A DNA stretch of 64,000 nt from Convolutriloba macropyga. Taxonomy: Eukaryota. Each line of letters starts with the position of its first letter. Position 1 is the stretch's first letter. The notes beneath the pieces were generated by a model. The model worked only from the letters and a program-made list of their open reading frames with translations, was not told where the DNA came from and searched no databases. This document shows, piece by piece, positions 38,930 to 50,622 of this stretch. The stretch is taken from assembly GCF_964194025.1 (NCBI RefSeq), contig NC_134471.1, positions 25,358,001-25,422,000 of the forward strand, written 5' to 3'. Position numbers and translations under genes: made by a program.

Positions 38930-39100
38930 GATTTTAGATTCCAGAACACCATCTTCTGGTTCCTGCTGACAATCGGAATGGGTGTTCTCATATGCTGGTA
39001 CAGTCAAGAATGGTATGCTCAACAGAACTGTCCTCACAAGGGTGAATTTCTAATGGACTACCTCATTCCGAGATCAGTCGCTTGTTATTGGGAGAAATAA
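24563..39100 (+). CDS. SOAT1: Sterol O-acyltransferase (ACAT/SOAT, MBOAT family), 8 coding exons, ~577 aa
   Basis: Exons 24563-24825, 28111-28315, 31351-31578, 32334-32620, 34251-34375, 34967-35202, 38151-38377, 38938-39100 total 1734 nt in frame; motifs [48 protein letters not shown] (catalytic His), YSQEWYA..CP; SOAT1 vs SOAT2 orthology not resolvable. Confidence 0.93.
25159..27150 (-). repeat. Inverted, diverged member of the same long repeat family, in the first coding intron of SOAT
   Basis: Reverse-complement matches to segments of 20448-23570 (e.g. CTCTCAATGA at ~21348 vs ~26765). Confidence 0.55.
28111..28315 (+). CDS. SOAT1: SOAT coding exon 2
   Basis: [23 protein letters not shown]; AG/GT boundaries. 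Confidence 0.9.
31351..31578 (+). CDS. SOAT1: SOAT coding exon 3
   Basis: Transmembrane segments [14 protein letters not shown]; phase 0/0. Confidence 0.88.
32334..32620 (+). CDS. SOAT1: SOAT coding exon 4
   Basis: [21 protein letters not shown]...[13 protein letters not shown]. Confidence 0.93.
34251..34375 (+). CDS. SOAT1: SOAT coding exon 5
   Basis: [14 protein letters not shown]...FIFPVFS; phases 2/1. Confidence 0.88.
34967..35202 (+). CDS. SOAT1: SOAT coding exon 6 (ends at a GC donor)
   Basis: [41 protein letters not shown]. Confidence 0.93.
35283..37500 (+). repeat. Direct, diverged member of the long repeat family, in the SOAT GC-AG intron
   Basis: Collinear similarity to 20448-23540. 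Confidence 0.7.
37505..37965 (-). mobile_element. Possible 5' remnant of a non-LTR retrotransposon (5' UTR plus ORF1 N-terminus)
   Basis: ORF 37509-37724 contains [13 protein letters not shown], resembling LINE ORF1 basic motifs; truncated at the adjacent repeat. Confidence 0.3.
38151..38377 (+). CDS. SOAT1: SOAT coding exon 7 (catalytic His)
   Basis: [11 protein letters not shown]...FFFPILF. Confidence 0.93.
38872..38926 (+). repeat. (CT)n microsatellite
   Basis: Pure dinucleotide run ending ~11 nt before the last SOAT acceptor. Confidence 0.97.
38938..39100 (+). CDS. SOAT1: SOAT terminal coding exon
   Basis: [30 protein letters not shown]...DYLIPRS..C, stop TAA. Confidence 0.92.
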
Positions 39101-42100
39101 ATGGATAGTTTCACGGAACAATCAGACATTATCAATGACAATATTCAGCAACTAATCAACTACAAATCAAACTGGAAATACGTTTAAAATATCGCGACTT
39201 TTGGTAGTCTCGGTTGAACTGGAAATGACACACAAGTTGAAAATCATTGTCTATAGAACTTCTATACAAATGTTTTCTATCAAAACTAAGTCCAAAAATT
39301 TTGAGTGTATTAAATGACCTAGAGGTAAAATTGAAATGATCGATATGAATTTTTATATCAATAACGGGGGGAAATATAAAGGACAAAACAGAATATTTGT
39401 AGAATGTAAAATTTTTAGTGAAATTTGCACATAACGAAATTTTTGGCTTCCTTAATTTTAAAGAAATTCAAAGGAGTACAAACCAAAAATCGTATTGCAA
39501 TACATTTAATAAATTCTTTACGCTGTGGAGCAATGGCGACCAAGGAACGATTTCAAATTTTTCGTCCGCGCGAAAAAAGCTAATTAGATATTTGTAGAGA
39601 TGGGCGTCAAAACTGTTCCTTTAGATTTCACAATAGATTTTAGTCTAATAATACGTTTCGTTTTGATTATAATGGTAATTTTGTAAGAGTGTAATTTTTT
39701 ATCAGTCCACGCTAAATCACACTCTTTGCAAAGAGTGTAAAAAAGAGTGGAGAAAAGAGTAAATACAGTGTATTTTTTTTAAAAGAAATTACACGCTTGT
39801 CTTATTATCCCCGACAAAAAAAGCGTGGAATACGCTTTACACGCTAATCCCCGCTAATTAGGGGTGGATTAGGGGTGGAACTTTGGCCCGAGCTATAATT
39901 TTTACCACCTTAATCCATTGGAGAGTTCGTGTAGGCTTTGGCTAAACAATTCCAAGAGCCGTTTTAGCATAGCGGACTTAGATTCAACAAGATGCGGTCG
40001 CAAGCATAGTCCCGTTTCGTATCTACTAAGGGCGATGGATTGTAATGGTCTATTTGTTTAATTTGTTTTCGAATGCAGCAAATAAAATGCATCGAATGCA
40101 GCAACTAAGCAGGTAAAAAAGTATGTTATAATTTGCTGTTTTGCTTTTCATTGGCAGTTAAAAATAAAATTTTTTGATAAATTTCGGTAACTTTATTATT
40201 TGGTTTGTTTCGAAAATTATATGCCTAACTGAAGACAATAGTGGCATATTTATTGTGGGCAGCGCCCTTAATGAAGAGATTTGAGCTGAATAAAATCGAA
40301 TAAAACAGAATAAAAATAAGTAACTCAAAATCAACGACTTATCAGTGGAAATTTTTTTTAGCTTATCCACTATCAAAACACTACAGCGGCTGGAATTATA
40401 ATTTTTTTTCATCTTATTTAGCCAAATTGCAGAAAATGGAGTTACGAACCGCATCTACGAAAATTGTCGAAAATTTTGATGAAGGACTTAAATAAACATA
40501 TTTTCGGATCAATATGTATCTCCCATATCCAGTTTATGTAAAATCAGAGCGTTCACGTGCGCCAAAACAACCGCGTACTGGCTTTTTTGCAGCAAAATGA
40601 TCAAATCGAGTAGGTGACGAGACAACACAAATGATACAGCGTGAAACGGAAAAAAGCAAAAGATGATGAGTATTTCGTTAAACAAAGAAATACGCCATTA
40701 CAAAGTAATAAATGTTGAAGATAATAACTGGAACAAGACGTTCGACTTTAAAATTATATAACGAAGAAACATTAAAAATACAAGGAGTTACAAAGAACTT
40801 CGATGACATTAGAAGTGGACTTCTCTCGTCTGGCAACAAATCTGCCTGAGTCTCTATTAAGTGCTAAGTTACTCCGAGAGCTAGTTCCGTAGCATTTTTT
40901 GAAAAAGAAAAACTTCAGATAATTGGCTCACCATTTAACTTTTCCACTCAGTAGCAGCAGTACTAATCGTATTAATTTGCGATTAGTACTAATCAATTGC
41001 GCTGTATCATTTGCACTAATCGTAATTATGCCAAAGAGTGTAACGTCTAGAATTGTATTAACACTTTTTCCAACAAAAAGCAATTCCCTTTAGCAAAAAC
41101 GTCATAAATTGTAATGAGTAGAAGGCGACTTTTTTGTATTTTCTGTTCACGTTTAAACAACTTTTTAAAAACCAATCTTGCTCAAGGAAGCAAAAGAAAG
41201 TCACTTTCGAGTGTGAACAAATTGAGCAAAAGTTCTGGTGAGAAAAACAAAGTGCTATAGAGACCAGACAACAGGAAATTCCATTATTCACAACATTATT
41301 ATCAAGTTTCAGACAGCAGATTAATTTTCCCAGATTACGTTTTGATAAAGCTGACTTAGAACTCCGGAAAAATACATGAACTGGACTCGAACGGTTCTTC
41401 TAGATTGTTTTTATACACAAGCGAAAAGAACTGTGCATTCACTCTATTTTCATACACTGGAATTCGGGACACTCGTCGAATGAAGCCACGGCACTGCCAT
41501 TAGAAATCTGAATGGTATTAAATCTCGGGGTGAGGTGGTAGAAATGTGGTATCTATTCGAAACGAATTGCATCCCATTTTTTCTACTACATAAAACCAGG
41601 AATGAGCGGAGTTAAGTTTTTTGATGGTATAGTCGTGGCTTACTCTCACGAGTATCCCCAATTCCACTGAGGAAAACAGAGCGACAGAAACTTTCAATGG
41701 GAATGAAGCATTTTCATGAAATTTACAAACTATGCGCTGTAATAGAACATGTTACAATTGAAATAAATTGCGCGTAATTCTGTTATCATAAGTTACAGGC
41801 TCACTAAGCTGGGCGTAGGGTTGAATTATAATAGATCCATAACACAAACCAGGTGCTCCAAACAAACATGACCACCAATCCAGAACAAAGATCGGCTTTA
41901 TCTCAAAATTTTTTGATCTCTCTGAAGCAATAGATAAAAATCGGCAACGTTAATTTGTTAATGGTTCAAACAATGCAGGACTGTGCAAATATTTTCGACT
42001 AAGGCTCAAAACTTTCACAATTTGAAACTCTGCTAATACGATCAGACGAAACGATCTTATGGATTGAAACTAAAATTACCCCAGGAGTACTTGCGGAGAT

Positions 42101-42704
42101 CAGATTTACATAATGAAAAAACATTTGTACATAAAGTCCAGTTATAGGCATCATAATTGCGATCTGAAATATGGTTTCGAAATCAATCCATTAGTTTTGT
42201 CTCAATCTATTTATTTTTTAATATCTTTTTTCGAAATTTGAGATGACCTTATGTTCATCATTTTATGATTTGAAAGGACAATGAACGCGAGCCTAGTCAG
42301 GGCCGCATGATTATGATTATGATACCACCGGAAATTTGAACGAATTCTTAGAAAAGTGTAAATGCATACCATCTATGGTATCCCCTGCGACTGATTTCTG
42401 GGAAATTTGCAGAAGCAAAGCATATTGGGTAACCCTTGCGACCTCCACTGTATATCATGGTGTCAAGATTAGTTTTGTATCTTGACTTTCTTGCACTGAT
42501 AATGGATATATATACAGCTGATCTTTGAGCCTTTTTTCATCCCCAAAATCAAATCATCATCTTGATCTAATAATCAGATCTCTCCTGTAAATCTCTAAAT
42601 TCTACTGTAAAATATCATTCTGGTTATTCTCTCATTTTGAGAAGTTAATTTTCTAATTAGTTAAAAACGCTTTCCTTCCGCTTGCGAAAACCCATAACCC
42701 AACA

Positions 42705-42717
42705 GGTTATGGGCCCA
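42705..42717 (+). other. Copia primer-binding site (internal tRNAi-Met fragment type)
   Basis: GGTTATGGGCCCA directly after the LTR-terminal CA, as in Drosophila copia. Confidence 0.85.
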
Positions 42718-42836
42718 TCAATTTTCTAAGTAAAAAAACTAATTTCTAAAACAAAACTAATTGGTTGTTGACAGTCATAATCCTTTTCTGCTTAGTACCT
42801 TTTCTTTTCACAACTGTTTTGCCTACTCAAACTACG

Positions 42837-45800
42837 ATGGATCAACAGACAGTCAAGCTGCTGACATACACTGGAAAGGCACAGGACTTTCCAATCTGGA
42901 GCACAAGACTTGTGGCAATGATGCAGACGAAGGGACTCTACAAATCACTACTTGGGACAGAGGAGCAACCCAATGAGCCTGCACCACTAGCCAATGGGGC
43001 GATCAATGATAAAAAGAAGAACCACAATGTGCTGAGGGATGCATATGAGAAAGAAGTTGCAGACATCAAGGAGAAACGGAACAATGTGTGGTGCCATCTG
43101 GCACTGACTTTAGATGCAACAACCCTCATGCTGATGAGACATGACTGTGTGGGAGATGACGGCGTCGGAGATGGGGCAAAGGCTTGGAATCTTTTGCAAG
43201 AGAGATTTCAGAGTGTGAAGACGACGACAGTGGTGACTTTGGTGGCACAGCTTGCTCGACTAGAGCTCGAGGATGCTCAGGATTTGGATAGCTTCTTCAT
43301 CAAAGGACAGGAGTTCCTCACAAGGCTACAAGAAGCAGGCGAAGCAGTCTCAGAGACCCTCTTCAGCGCCTTGGTCCTCAATGGTCTGCCAATGAGGTAT
43401 GAAAGTTTTGTTATAGAGGAAAACTTTAACCCGGCAACGAACTTCACAGAGTTGAGGAAAAGCTGCAGAACTTCCATGAGAGCACAGCACAGAAGCACAA
43501 GGGGACAAAGTGGCTCAGTGGCACTGGCACTGAAGCGTGACTTCAAGAAGGGACCCAGGAAAGGAAACTGCTTTGTGTGTTGGATCCCTGGACACTTTGC
43601 CAAGGACTGCAGGAGGAAGGAAACAGCACAATGCAGCAAATGTGGTGAGAAAGCTCACCTAGACAGGGCATGCAAGAGACAAAGAGATGGAGGCATACAT
43701 GAGTCAGTGGCAATGGGTCTAACATTGGCTTCACCAGACGAGGAATACTGGGCAGCTATTACCCAGTGGAAGACAGCAGGCATGCTAGCGGACAGTGGTT
43801 GTACAGATCACATAGTGACGAACATCGATGCGTTCCTATGCATTGTGCCCATTCAATCAGTGCTCAGAAATCCCAACGGATAGGCTTCCAGAGTGGTGGG
43901 CAGAGGCTTTGTGAGGATCAGCATACCCTCAAACAAAGGGGAAATCCAATGCGAACTCAAAAATTTTTTGTGTGTGCCGGACTACTCTTCAAACCTCTTA
44001 TCAGTCTCAAGATGCACGGAGTTGGTACATAGTTTCACCTTCGTGAAAGGAAATAGCTGCATGAAACTCCAGAAGGGAACTCGGGTAAAACTAAAACATG
44101 AAAATATTTTGCATTACTTACCCTGCAGCGTTCTAGAATTCAAGATGAGTTCTCACAGCGTGTAACTTGACAATGCAAGGAAGTGGCACAGACAATTAGG
44201 TCATTTGAATCAAGCGGATGTGGTCAGGAATGCACCAAAAACAGTGGGGGAACTCGATGATGTATGTAATATGTGCGCATTGGCCAAGATCACAACGACC
44301 CCTGTACCACGATTGGCAGAGACCCAAGCAGAAGAGAAGCTGGAGAGTGTGTTCACAGATGTGATGGGACCTTTCAGAGTAGAGTCACTGTCAGGGTTTC
44401 GGTTTTGCATTGTGTTTGCAGACCAGTACACAAAGTCTGTGTTTGTGGATTTACATAAGGCAAAGAGGGAAGCACCGGCCAGCCTGAAGAAGTTGGTTCT
44501 CAGTGTGGGGACGCCCATGAACTTGAAACAAGACAATGCGAAGGAGTTTCTCTCAGGGCAGTTCAAGATGTACTGTTTAGATGCAGGCATTCTACAGGAG
44601 AAGACTATACGAGAGACGACACAATAGAATGGGTTAGCTGAGAGGCGCAACAGGGCACTGCTGGAGATGGCAAGAAGCTTGCTCATTAACTCGGGTCTTC
44701 CCAAGACGATGTGGGGGCAGCAATTCTCCGTGCAACAAGGATCAGGAACTTGGTTGTGAGACGAGGAGAAGAAAAATGCCCAGCGGAGCTGATGCGAGGT
44801 ACAAAACCTAAGCTTTCATTTAGTAAACTATCTATTTTTGGTTGCACAGTCTTCATGAGGAAGCGGGACAGAGATGTCAGCAAACTTGAATGCAAGACAC
44901 TGGAAGGAAAAATTGTGGGTTACACTGAAGGAGACAACGGATACCTGTTGTACGTACCCAACACACGCAATGTTGTGGCAGTCCGAGATGTGATCATCAA
45001 GGAGTCCGAAGTGGGCTCAATCCCTGACAACACAGAGACGCCCGACCTATTAGATGAGGGGTCACAGCAACTGGGGATCTGGCACCCAGATGATGGTCAT
45101 CAAGACGATGGCAACAAAGAGGAGCAGGGCACATCTACTGCAATAAAAAAGGAGTGGCATGATGCAGAGAGCGTGAACAATCAAGAAACGACACTGAGAC
45201 GAGATGCCTCAGATGTTGATAAAGCGGCACTGGATGAAAAATCTACTGCAACAAGAGGGAGTCTCAGAGACTCAGAAGGAGTAATTGGAAGACAGTGAAA
45301 CGGAGGTCTTCTCACAGACTCCTTAAAGGCTCACAGGCTTCTTTGAAGAGGCACTGGAGCAAGTGGAAGGGCAGAGCCCAGACGGGGAACACGAGCAAGG
45401 AATGTGCCGCAATTTTTTGGAGAATTCAGGACCCATCTTGCTGTGACTGAGGGAGACTATGTGGAACCCAAACTAGTCTACAAAGCCAAGCAAGGTGACG
45501 ATTGGGACCAGTGGCAACGGGCAATGAATGACGGGGTCAAGTTACTCCAAGACAACGATTCTTGGAACCTAGTGAGACCACCCACAGACAGGGACGACAT
45601 ACCGGGAAAATGTGTCTACATAGTGAAATTGCGACCCAGTGGTCATGTGGACAAATACAAAGCACGCTATGTGGCAAAAGGTTTCAAAAAGGTGGAAGGA
45701 ATGGACTACTTTGAAACTTTTGCGCCCACCTGTAAGCCAGAGACATTCAGGATTCTACTTCAACTATCAGCGAAGCAGGGCTATGTGATGCACCAGTTTG

Positions 45801-47035
45801 ATGTCAAGTCGACTTTCCTGCACTCACCAATGGAGGAAAAAGTGTATCTGGAACAGTCACAGGAGTTTCTAAAACAAGGATCAGATGGGGAGAACTTAGT
45901 ATGCCGACTGAAGAAATCAATTTATGGTTTGAATTAGGCAGCTAACAACTGGTATAAGGAACTGGCAAATTTCCTACTGAGACAGGGTTTCACCAGAAGC
46001 AGGAATCACCATTGCTTGTTCGCAAGAGCAGAGACAGAGGGTCACATTTTCATCTTCGTCTGGGTTGACGACATCATAGTGGCATCAAGAAGCATGACAG
46101 TGATCTCCGATGTCAAAAAACCACTCGAAGCAACATTTCACATAGAAGACAGAGGAAGATTACACTGGTTTTGGGGTCTAAGAATCAGACGAGAAGAGGG
46201 CAAAGTCACAGTCGACCAAGAACGCTACGTAGAAACAATGCTTGAGTGTTTTTAAATGGATCAATGCAAACCCTCAAGAACTCCAGTTGATTTGAATTTG
46301 AAACTTCAGACAACACAGAACGGAAACAAAGAAGTGGACCAGAGGATCTACAGAAGCTTGGTTGGGTCACTTCTGTATCTGGCCAAACAGACAAGGCCAG
46401 ACATCATGTTGACAGTCAACATTCTGTCCAGATACATGAATGCACCTACCAATCAACACTGGATGTGCGGAAAAAGACTTCTGCGATATCTTCAAGGTTC
46501 AAAAAGTTTAAAACTTACTTACACAGAAGAACCTAGTTATGATCTAGTGCGCGAAAGTGATACAGAGTGGTCTGGGGACGTGAACGACAAAGAAATCAAC
46601 GACGGCTACTACTTCCAGCTCAACGGACGTGGCGCAGCACTCAGCTGCGGTGTCAAGAAGCAGGCCACAGTTGCTCTTTCTTCATCAGAAGCAGAATATC
46701 AGGGCATGGCAGCAGCAGTTCAAGAAGCGTTGTATCTGAAACAACTTCTGGAGGATTTTGGCATCCAACAGAAACATCCAATAGCAATTGGAGAGGACAA
46801 CCAGAGTTGTATTAAATTGTGCCAAAATCCAGTCATGCACAAGAGGAGCAAACACATTGAGACAAAATTTCACTTCATTCGTGACAAGACGGAAGATGGG
46901 ACTATTTCAATTACTTACGTTACTACTGGCAAAATGGCAGCCGACATCTTCACGAAATCTTTACCCGTATCGACGGTGGAACCATTCAGAACTGTTTTGA
47001 TGGGAACAGACTCTACGCAATCAGCTCAAGTCTGA
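42837..47035 (+). pseudogene. Copia gag-pol polyprotein with several stops and frameshifts
   Basis: Two CCHC knuckles (CFVCWIPGHFAKDC, CSKCGEKAHLDRAC), protease DSGCTDH, WHRQLGH..CxxC, integrase DVMGP..QDNAKEF, RT YKARYVAKGF/WVDDII, RNase H SSSEAEY/EDNQS/ADIFTK. Confidence 0.93.
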
Positions 47036-47043
47036 AGGGGGGT

Positions 47044-47898
47044 TGTTACGCACTGATTTTTAAAGGTTGACTTTATGGTGTTATTGAGGTAAATATTCGA
47101 AGCAAATAGTTAGCAAAATTGACATTTTATATGGACTTATTTAGTGTTTCACAGTGCAATTTTTAGCAGATAAATTTTGAATAAAATTAGCTAGTAATAG
47201 CTTTTTATTGAGCGGTTCAGATGCGTGATATATCCACTAGTTTGCCTTGTATTTTAAAGTTTTGTTAATAAAGGTTTCGGATCTAATGAATTTGACTCAA
47301 ACTTAGAGTTTTTAGAGAGATATTCCAGTTCAATTTTTAATTATTTGAGCAATAATTATTTAATAACTTTAGCAAAAATTTTCTCAAGTTTTATAAGATG
47401 TTAGGCAACTTATTGTCAGGCTGGTTCTCCGGTGTTCTGCTGACAGTGGGTTCCGCAGGACTGTGTCCTGAGTTGTATTGGTCCTTCGCAAATATTTACT
47501 GATTTTCAAGCTGGGCAATTTCCGGCTTTTGTACGTCTCTTGATGTTTGTTAAGTACATATACAAGTTCCGTATTAGCACCTACTTTATCAGAATAATTA
47601 CTTCACCAAGTACATAATCTCTCACAAAGTTATTTACTGATTATGTGAATTTATCATCAAGAAATTCAAAAAAGTAAATATTGAGGCTTTTAGGCACTTA
47701 ATATGTTTGCTATTAAACTGTCACTCTGCGGTTGTTTTTCGTAAACATAAACAAATTAGAGGTTACAGGCCTAGATGGAAATACTGGCTATATATGGCCT
47801 TGAAACTAACTGAATACTAATTGAAATAAAGCACCTAATTATGGATATTTTAAGGAATATCATCACGTAACTATGAGGGACGAAATAGGGGCGTGACA
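47044..47898 (-). repeat. 3' LTR of the Gypsy element (~855 bp)
   Basis: Termini TGTTACGC (47044) and GCGTGACA (47898) form a 7/8 inverted repeat with TG...CA; lies downstream of env; no similarity to the copia 5' LTR; partner LTR not in window. Confidence 0.7.
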
Positions 47899-48487
47899 CT
47901 ACCGGACTTTATGAAAATTTTCCATGAAAATTTTGGGAAAAAACTGGGTTTTACAATTCTTCTATAAAACATATAATCTGCATCAGTATGAGGATATAAA
48001 CATATTTTTGTTGGAGCCACCCAAATTAAGTTTTCTTAGAAAAGAGTTTTGAAACGAAAGCTTTTAAGTTAAAGACAATTAAAGAAGTTAAGAGAAATAA
48101 AGTTTAAGTTAAGACAAATGGAGATAAAGTTTAAAGTAAGGAAAATTAAGACAAGATTAAGAGCTTTGAAGGAACATTACAGATGTGAAAGTCTGCTAAT
48201 TTCAAAGTAAAGAGTGAAGACATAAGGTAAGGTTAAGTTTAAGAGAATAACGGGAATTAGCACTGGAAATAATCATGGTTATTTCTTTGAAAAATGGCTC
48301 TAAACTTTTAGAAGGAGGATAAGAAGAATGCTGGTTACATGAAGGGTTTAAAGCACTGGTTGATTTCTGGAAGTGAACAGTTATTTCGAGTATATAAAGC
48401 ACTGATTAGTTTTACTTAGTGAATGAATGGGTACTTAATCTGTGAAAAGAACAATACTTATCGAACTTTTATAAGATTTTCAAGAGC

Positions 48488-50622
48488 TTAAAGTATACTC
48501 TCGTCTCGGGGTTGAGCTTGATAGTCCAATTCGTCATCTGTGTTAACTCGATCCATGGTGTTGAGTGACATGGTAGAAGTTGCAGGCATGGAATTTCGTC
48601 GTTGTCGTTTGAGGGTTCCAAGTTCTTCTGGGGAGATGACTGTTGGCGGTTGCTTTAGTTGTTTGGCTAAAGTAGTGACTACATCTGCTTTCAGATGTTT
48701 GGGTACGGAAACTACTGGGTTTAGCGGTACATTGTTTCCGTTAAGGTTCATGGAATTTGGTACCATTCGTCGTACAAAAGCTACTTTATGGTATAAGAAC
48801 ATGAAGAGAATATGTAGGGCTAGATTTCCGACAAAGACAATGATTGTTAGCGAGAGAGAAAGTTTGATTGGAACGTAAGATTCAAGTTTGTCGATTAGTG
48901 CTGGCTTAAATGACTTCATTTCAGTAGTAATTTTTTTGCTACGGCATCTAGTGATTCTGTTGATAACTTTCGATTCGAGTAAATAAATTCTGTTTTAACT
49001 TTCTTTAATAAATCGAGATTTGCTCCAGTGCTTGATTCATACTTTGGAAGTTCGTTTATGTTCGGAACTGAGTCAATTAAATGTGCAAGTGGATCTGGTA
49101 ATTTTACATTAATTCTCGTTGCTGGAAGGTACTGACAGCTTTGTAAATCAGCTCGAATTTTAATGTGGTCACTGAACATTGTATGTCCACATTTTAATGT
49201 GATTAAACAGATATTACAACCTTTATGAGGAACATTGGTGTGTCGGCCATTTTCATCCGTACCAATCTTACTAAGGGTATAATCACTTGAAGCTGATGTT
49301 AGGAGCCAAATTCCGTATCCAAGGTTCTGTGCTCGTTCAGGGTTGGGTAACACAACCTTCTCTGTGTCACATACTTTCAATGCTGAGATTGAGTGGTGAA
49401 ACTTGAGGGTTGCTAGACACGAGGAGAATCAAAGGTGGGTTTCCATTGTCTCATGACAGATTCGGTATCGTGGCTTTCCAAGACAGTTGTCATACTGAGC
49501 TTTCGTCAGTACTGTAGTTTCCATCTGTCCTTCTGAGATTGCTAAGTACTCTCCCTCTATCACGTATCGTAAGGCATCTACAGAGTCCTTCTGAGGCATA
49601 GGGATTACAATTGCACGATAAACTTCAGACACTGTCTGGCTAGAGGCTAGGGGAATGGCTAGTGTCAGTAAAAGTCCTTCTTCAACTGTCGAAATCTCTT
49701 GTACTAATTTCGCATCGTAGTACGAAAGTATGTCAGTCATGGGTATTGCCAATGTTAGACGATCTGGGGCGTTCTTTTGGCTATCATGGACTGCATCAAG
49801 GATCTTAATTAAAGATTTTCGAGGTACTAAAGAGATTGGAAGGCGTTTGTCAAGTAGAGTAGGTATAGCATTGATAACATTAATTCGAAAAGAATATAAT
49901 GCTGCTCTGTAACTTTTGATATCTGCATAAAGAGTAAGAAGTAATGAGGCTGCTGTGTCAAAGTTAAAGTTCACTTGTTGCCGTGATGATTGAATTTCCA
50001 TACAGGCTGCTAGTGCAGTCAGATTATGGTCTACAATTGCAAATTGTTCCTCAACTAGTTTCCAGTTTCTGTTCTGGTTTTCTTGCATTTCGTTTTGAAC
50101 TTTATAAACCTTTGCAAGTTCGTCAGCAACTAGGAAAAACTTCTCATCGGTTTGTGCGCCGATTTCCATGACATAGTCGTTAAGGCAATTAAAACTGTTA
50201 GCTAATCGATCGATGTTTTCAGCGTTTTGAGATGTGCGCTGACAAAATCCGAAAATTCCTGTTATTCCACCGCATCCTGCGCTGCTCATTGCTATTCCTG
50301 GGCCGAAAAGTCCAATCCAGCGACTGCGGCTGCTATAGCAAGCGGGGCGGCTCTTTTTGTAACTTGACGTCATGTTACAAAACTCTGACTTTGTTATCCA
50401 TTTATCTGAGAGTTCGTTAAGTAGAGTCTCTACTTGTTGTCGTATCGTGAAATTATAACGAGGAAACGGGACTAAAAATTCCACGTTAATGAACTTCTCA
50501 GTAATTAATATCTTCCCTTCCTTATGGAAAATTATTCCTTGAGTCAGAGCTGCTTCCGTGTTAATCGGAGTCTCAAAACTGGGGCCGAAAAGTACGAGAC
50601 TTAACACAATTGTAAGCAACAT
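48488..50622 (-). pseudogene. env: env-like class I fusion glycoprotein (~710 codons; one in-frame stop at 49429, one frameshift at ~48930)
   Basis: Signal peptide MLLTIVLSLVLFG, basic site RSR followed by Gly-rich hydrophobic WIGLFGPGIAMSSAGCGGITGIFG, heptad repeats, Cys-rich region, TM LSLTIIVFVGNLALHILFMFLY, cytoplasmic tail. Confidence 0.85.

Larger units (their letters stand above)
42606..47043 (+). mobile_element. Ty1/copia LTR retrotransposon, degenerate; 3' LTR displaced by a Gypsy insertion
   Basis: Short 5' LTR TGT...AACA (~42606-42704; start tentative), PBS GGTTATGGGCCCA, order gag-PR-IN-RT-RH, PPT GAAGGGGGG after the stop. Confidence 0.93.

Noticed and set aside
38809-39037. Minus-strand ORFs with ERERER runs
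   Set aside because: Translation of the (CT)n microsatellite, antisense to the last SOAT exon
42938-46873. Antisense and alternate-frame ORFs over copia (likewise plus-strand ORFs over Gypsy gag/pol/env)
   Set aside because: Shadow ORFs of coding sequence, with no motifs or splice signals, unlike the 51.8-53.3 kb gene
47044-47898. 3' LTR of the copia element
   Set aside because: No similarity to the sequence before the copia PBS; its termini and position fit the opposite-strand Gypsy element
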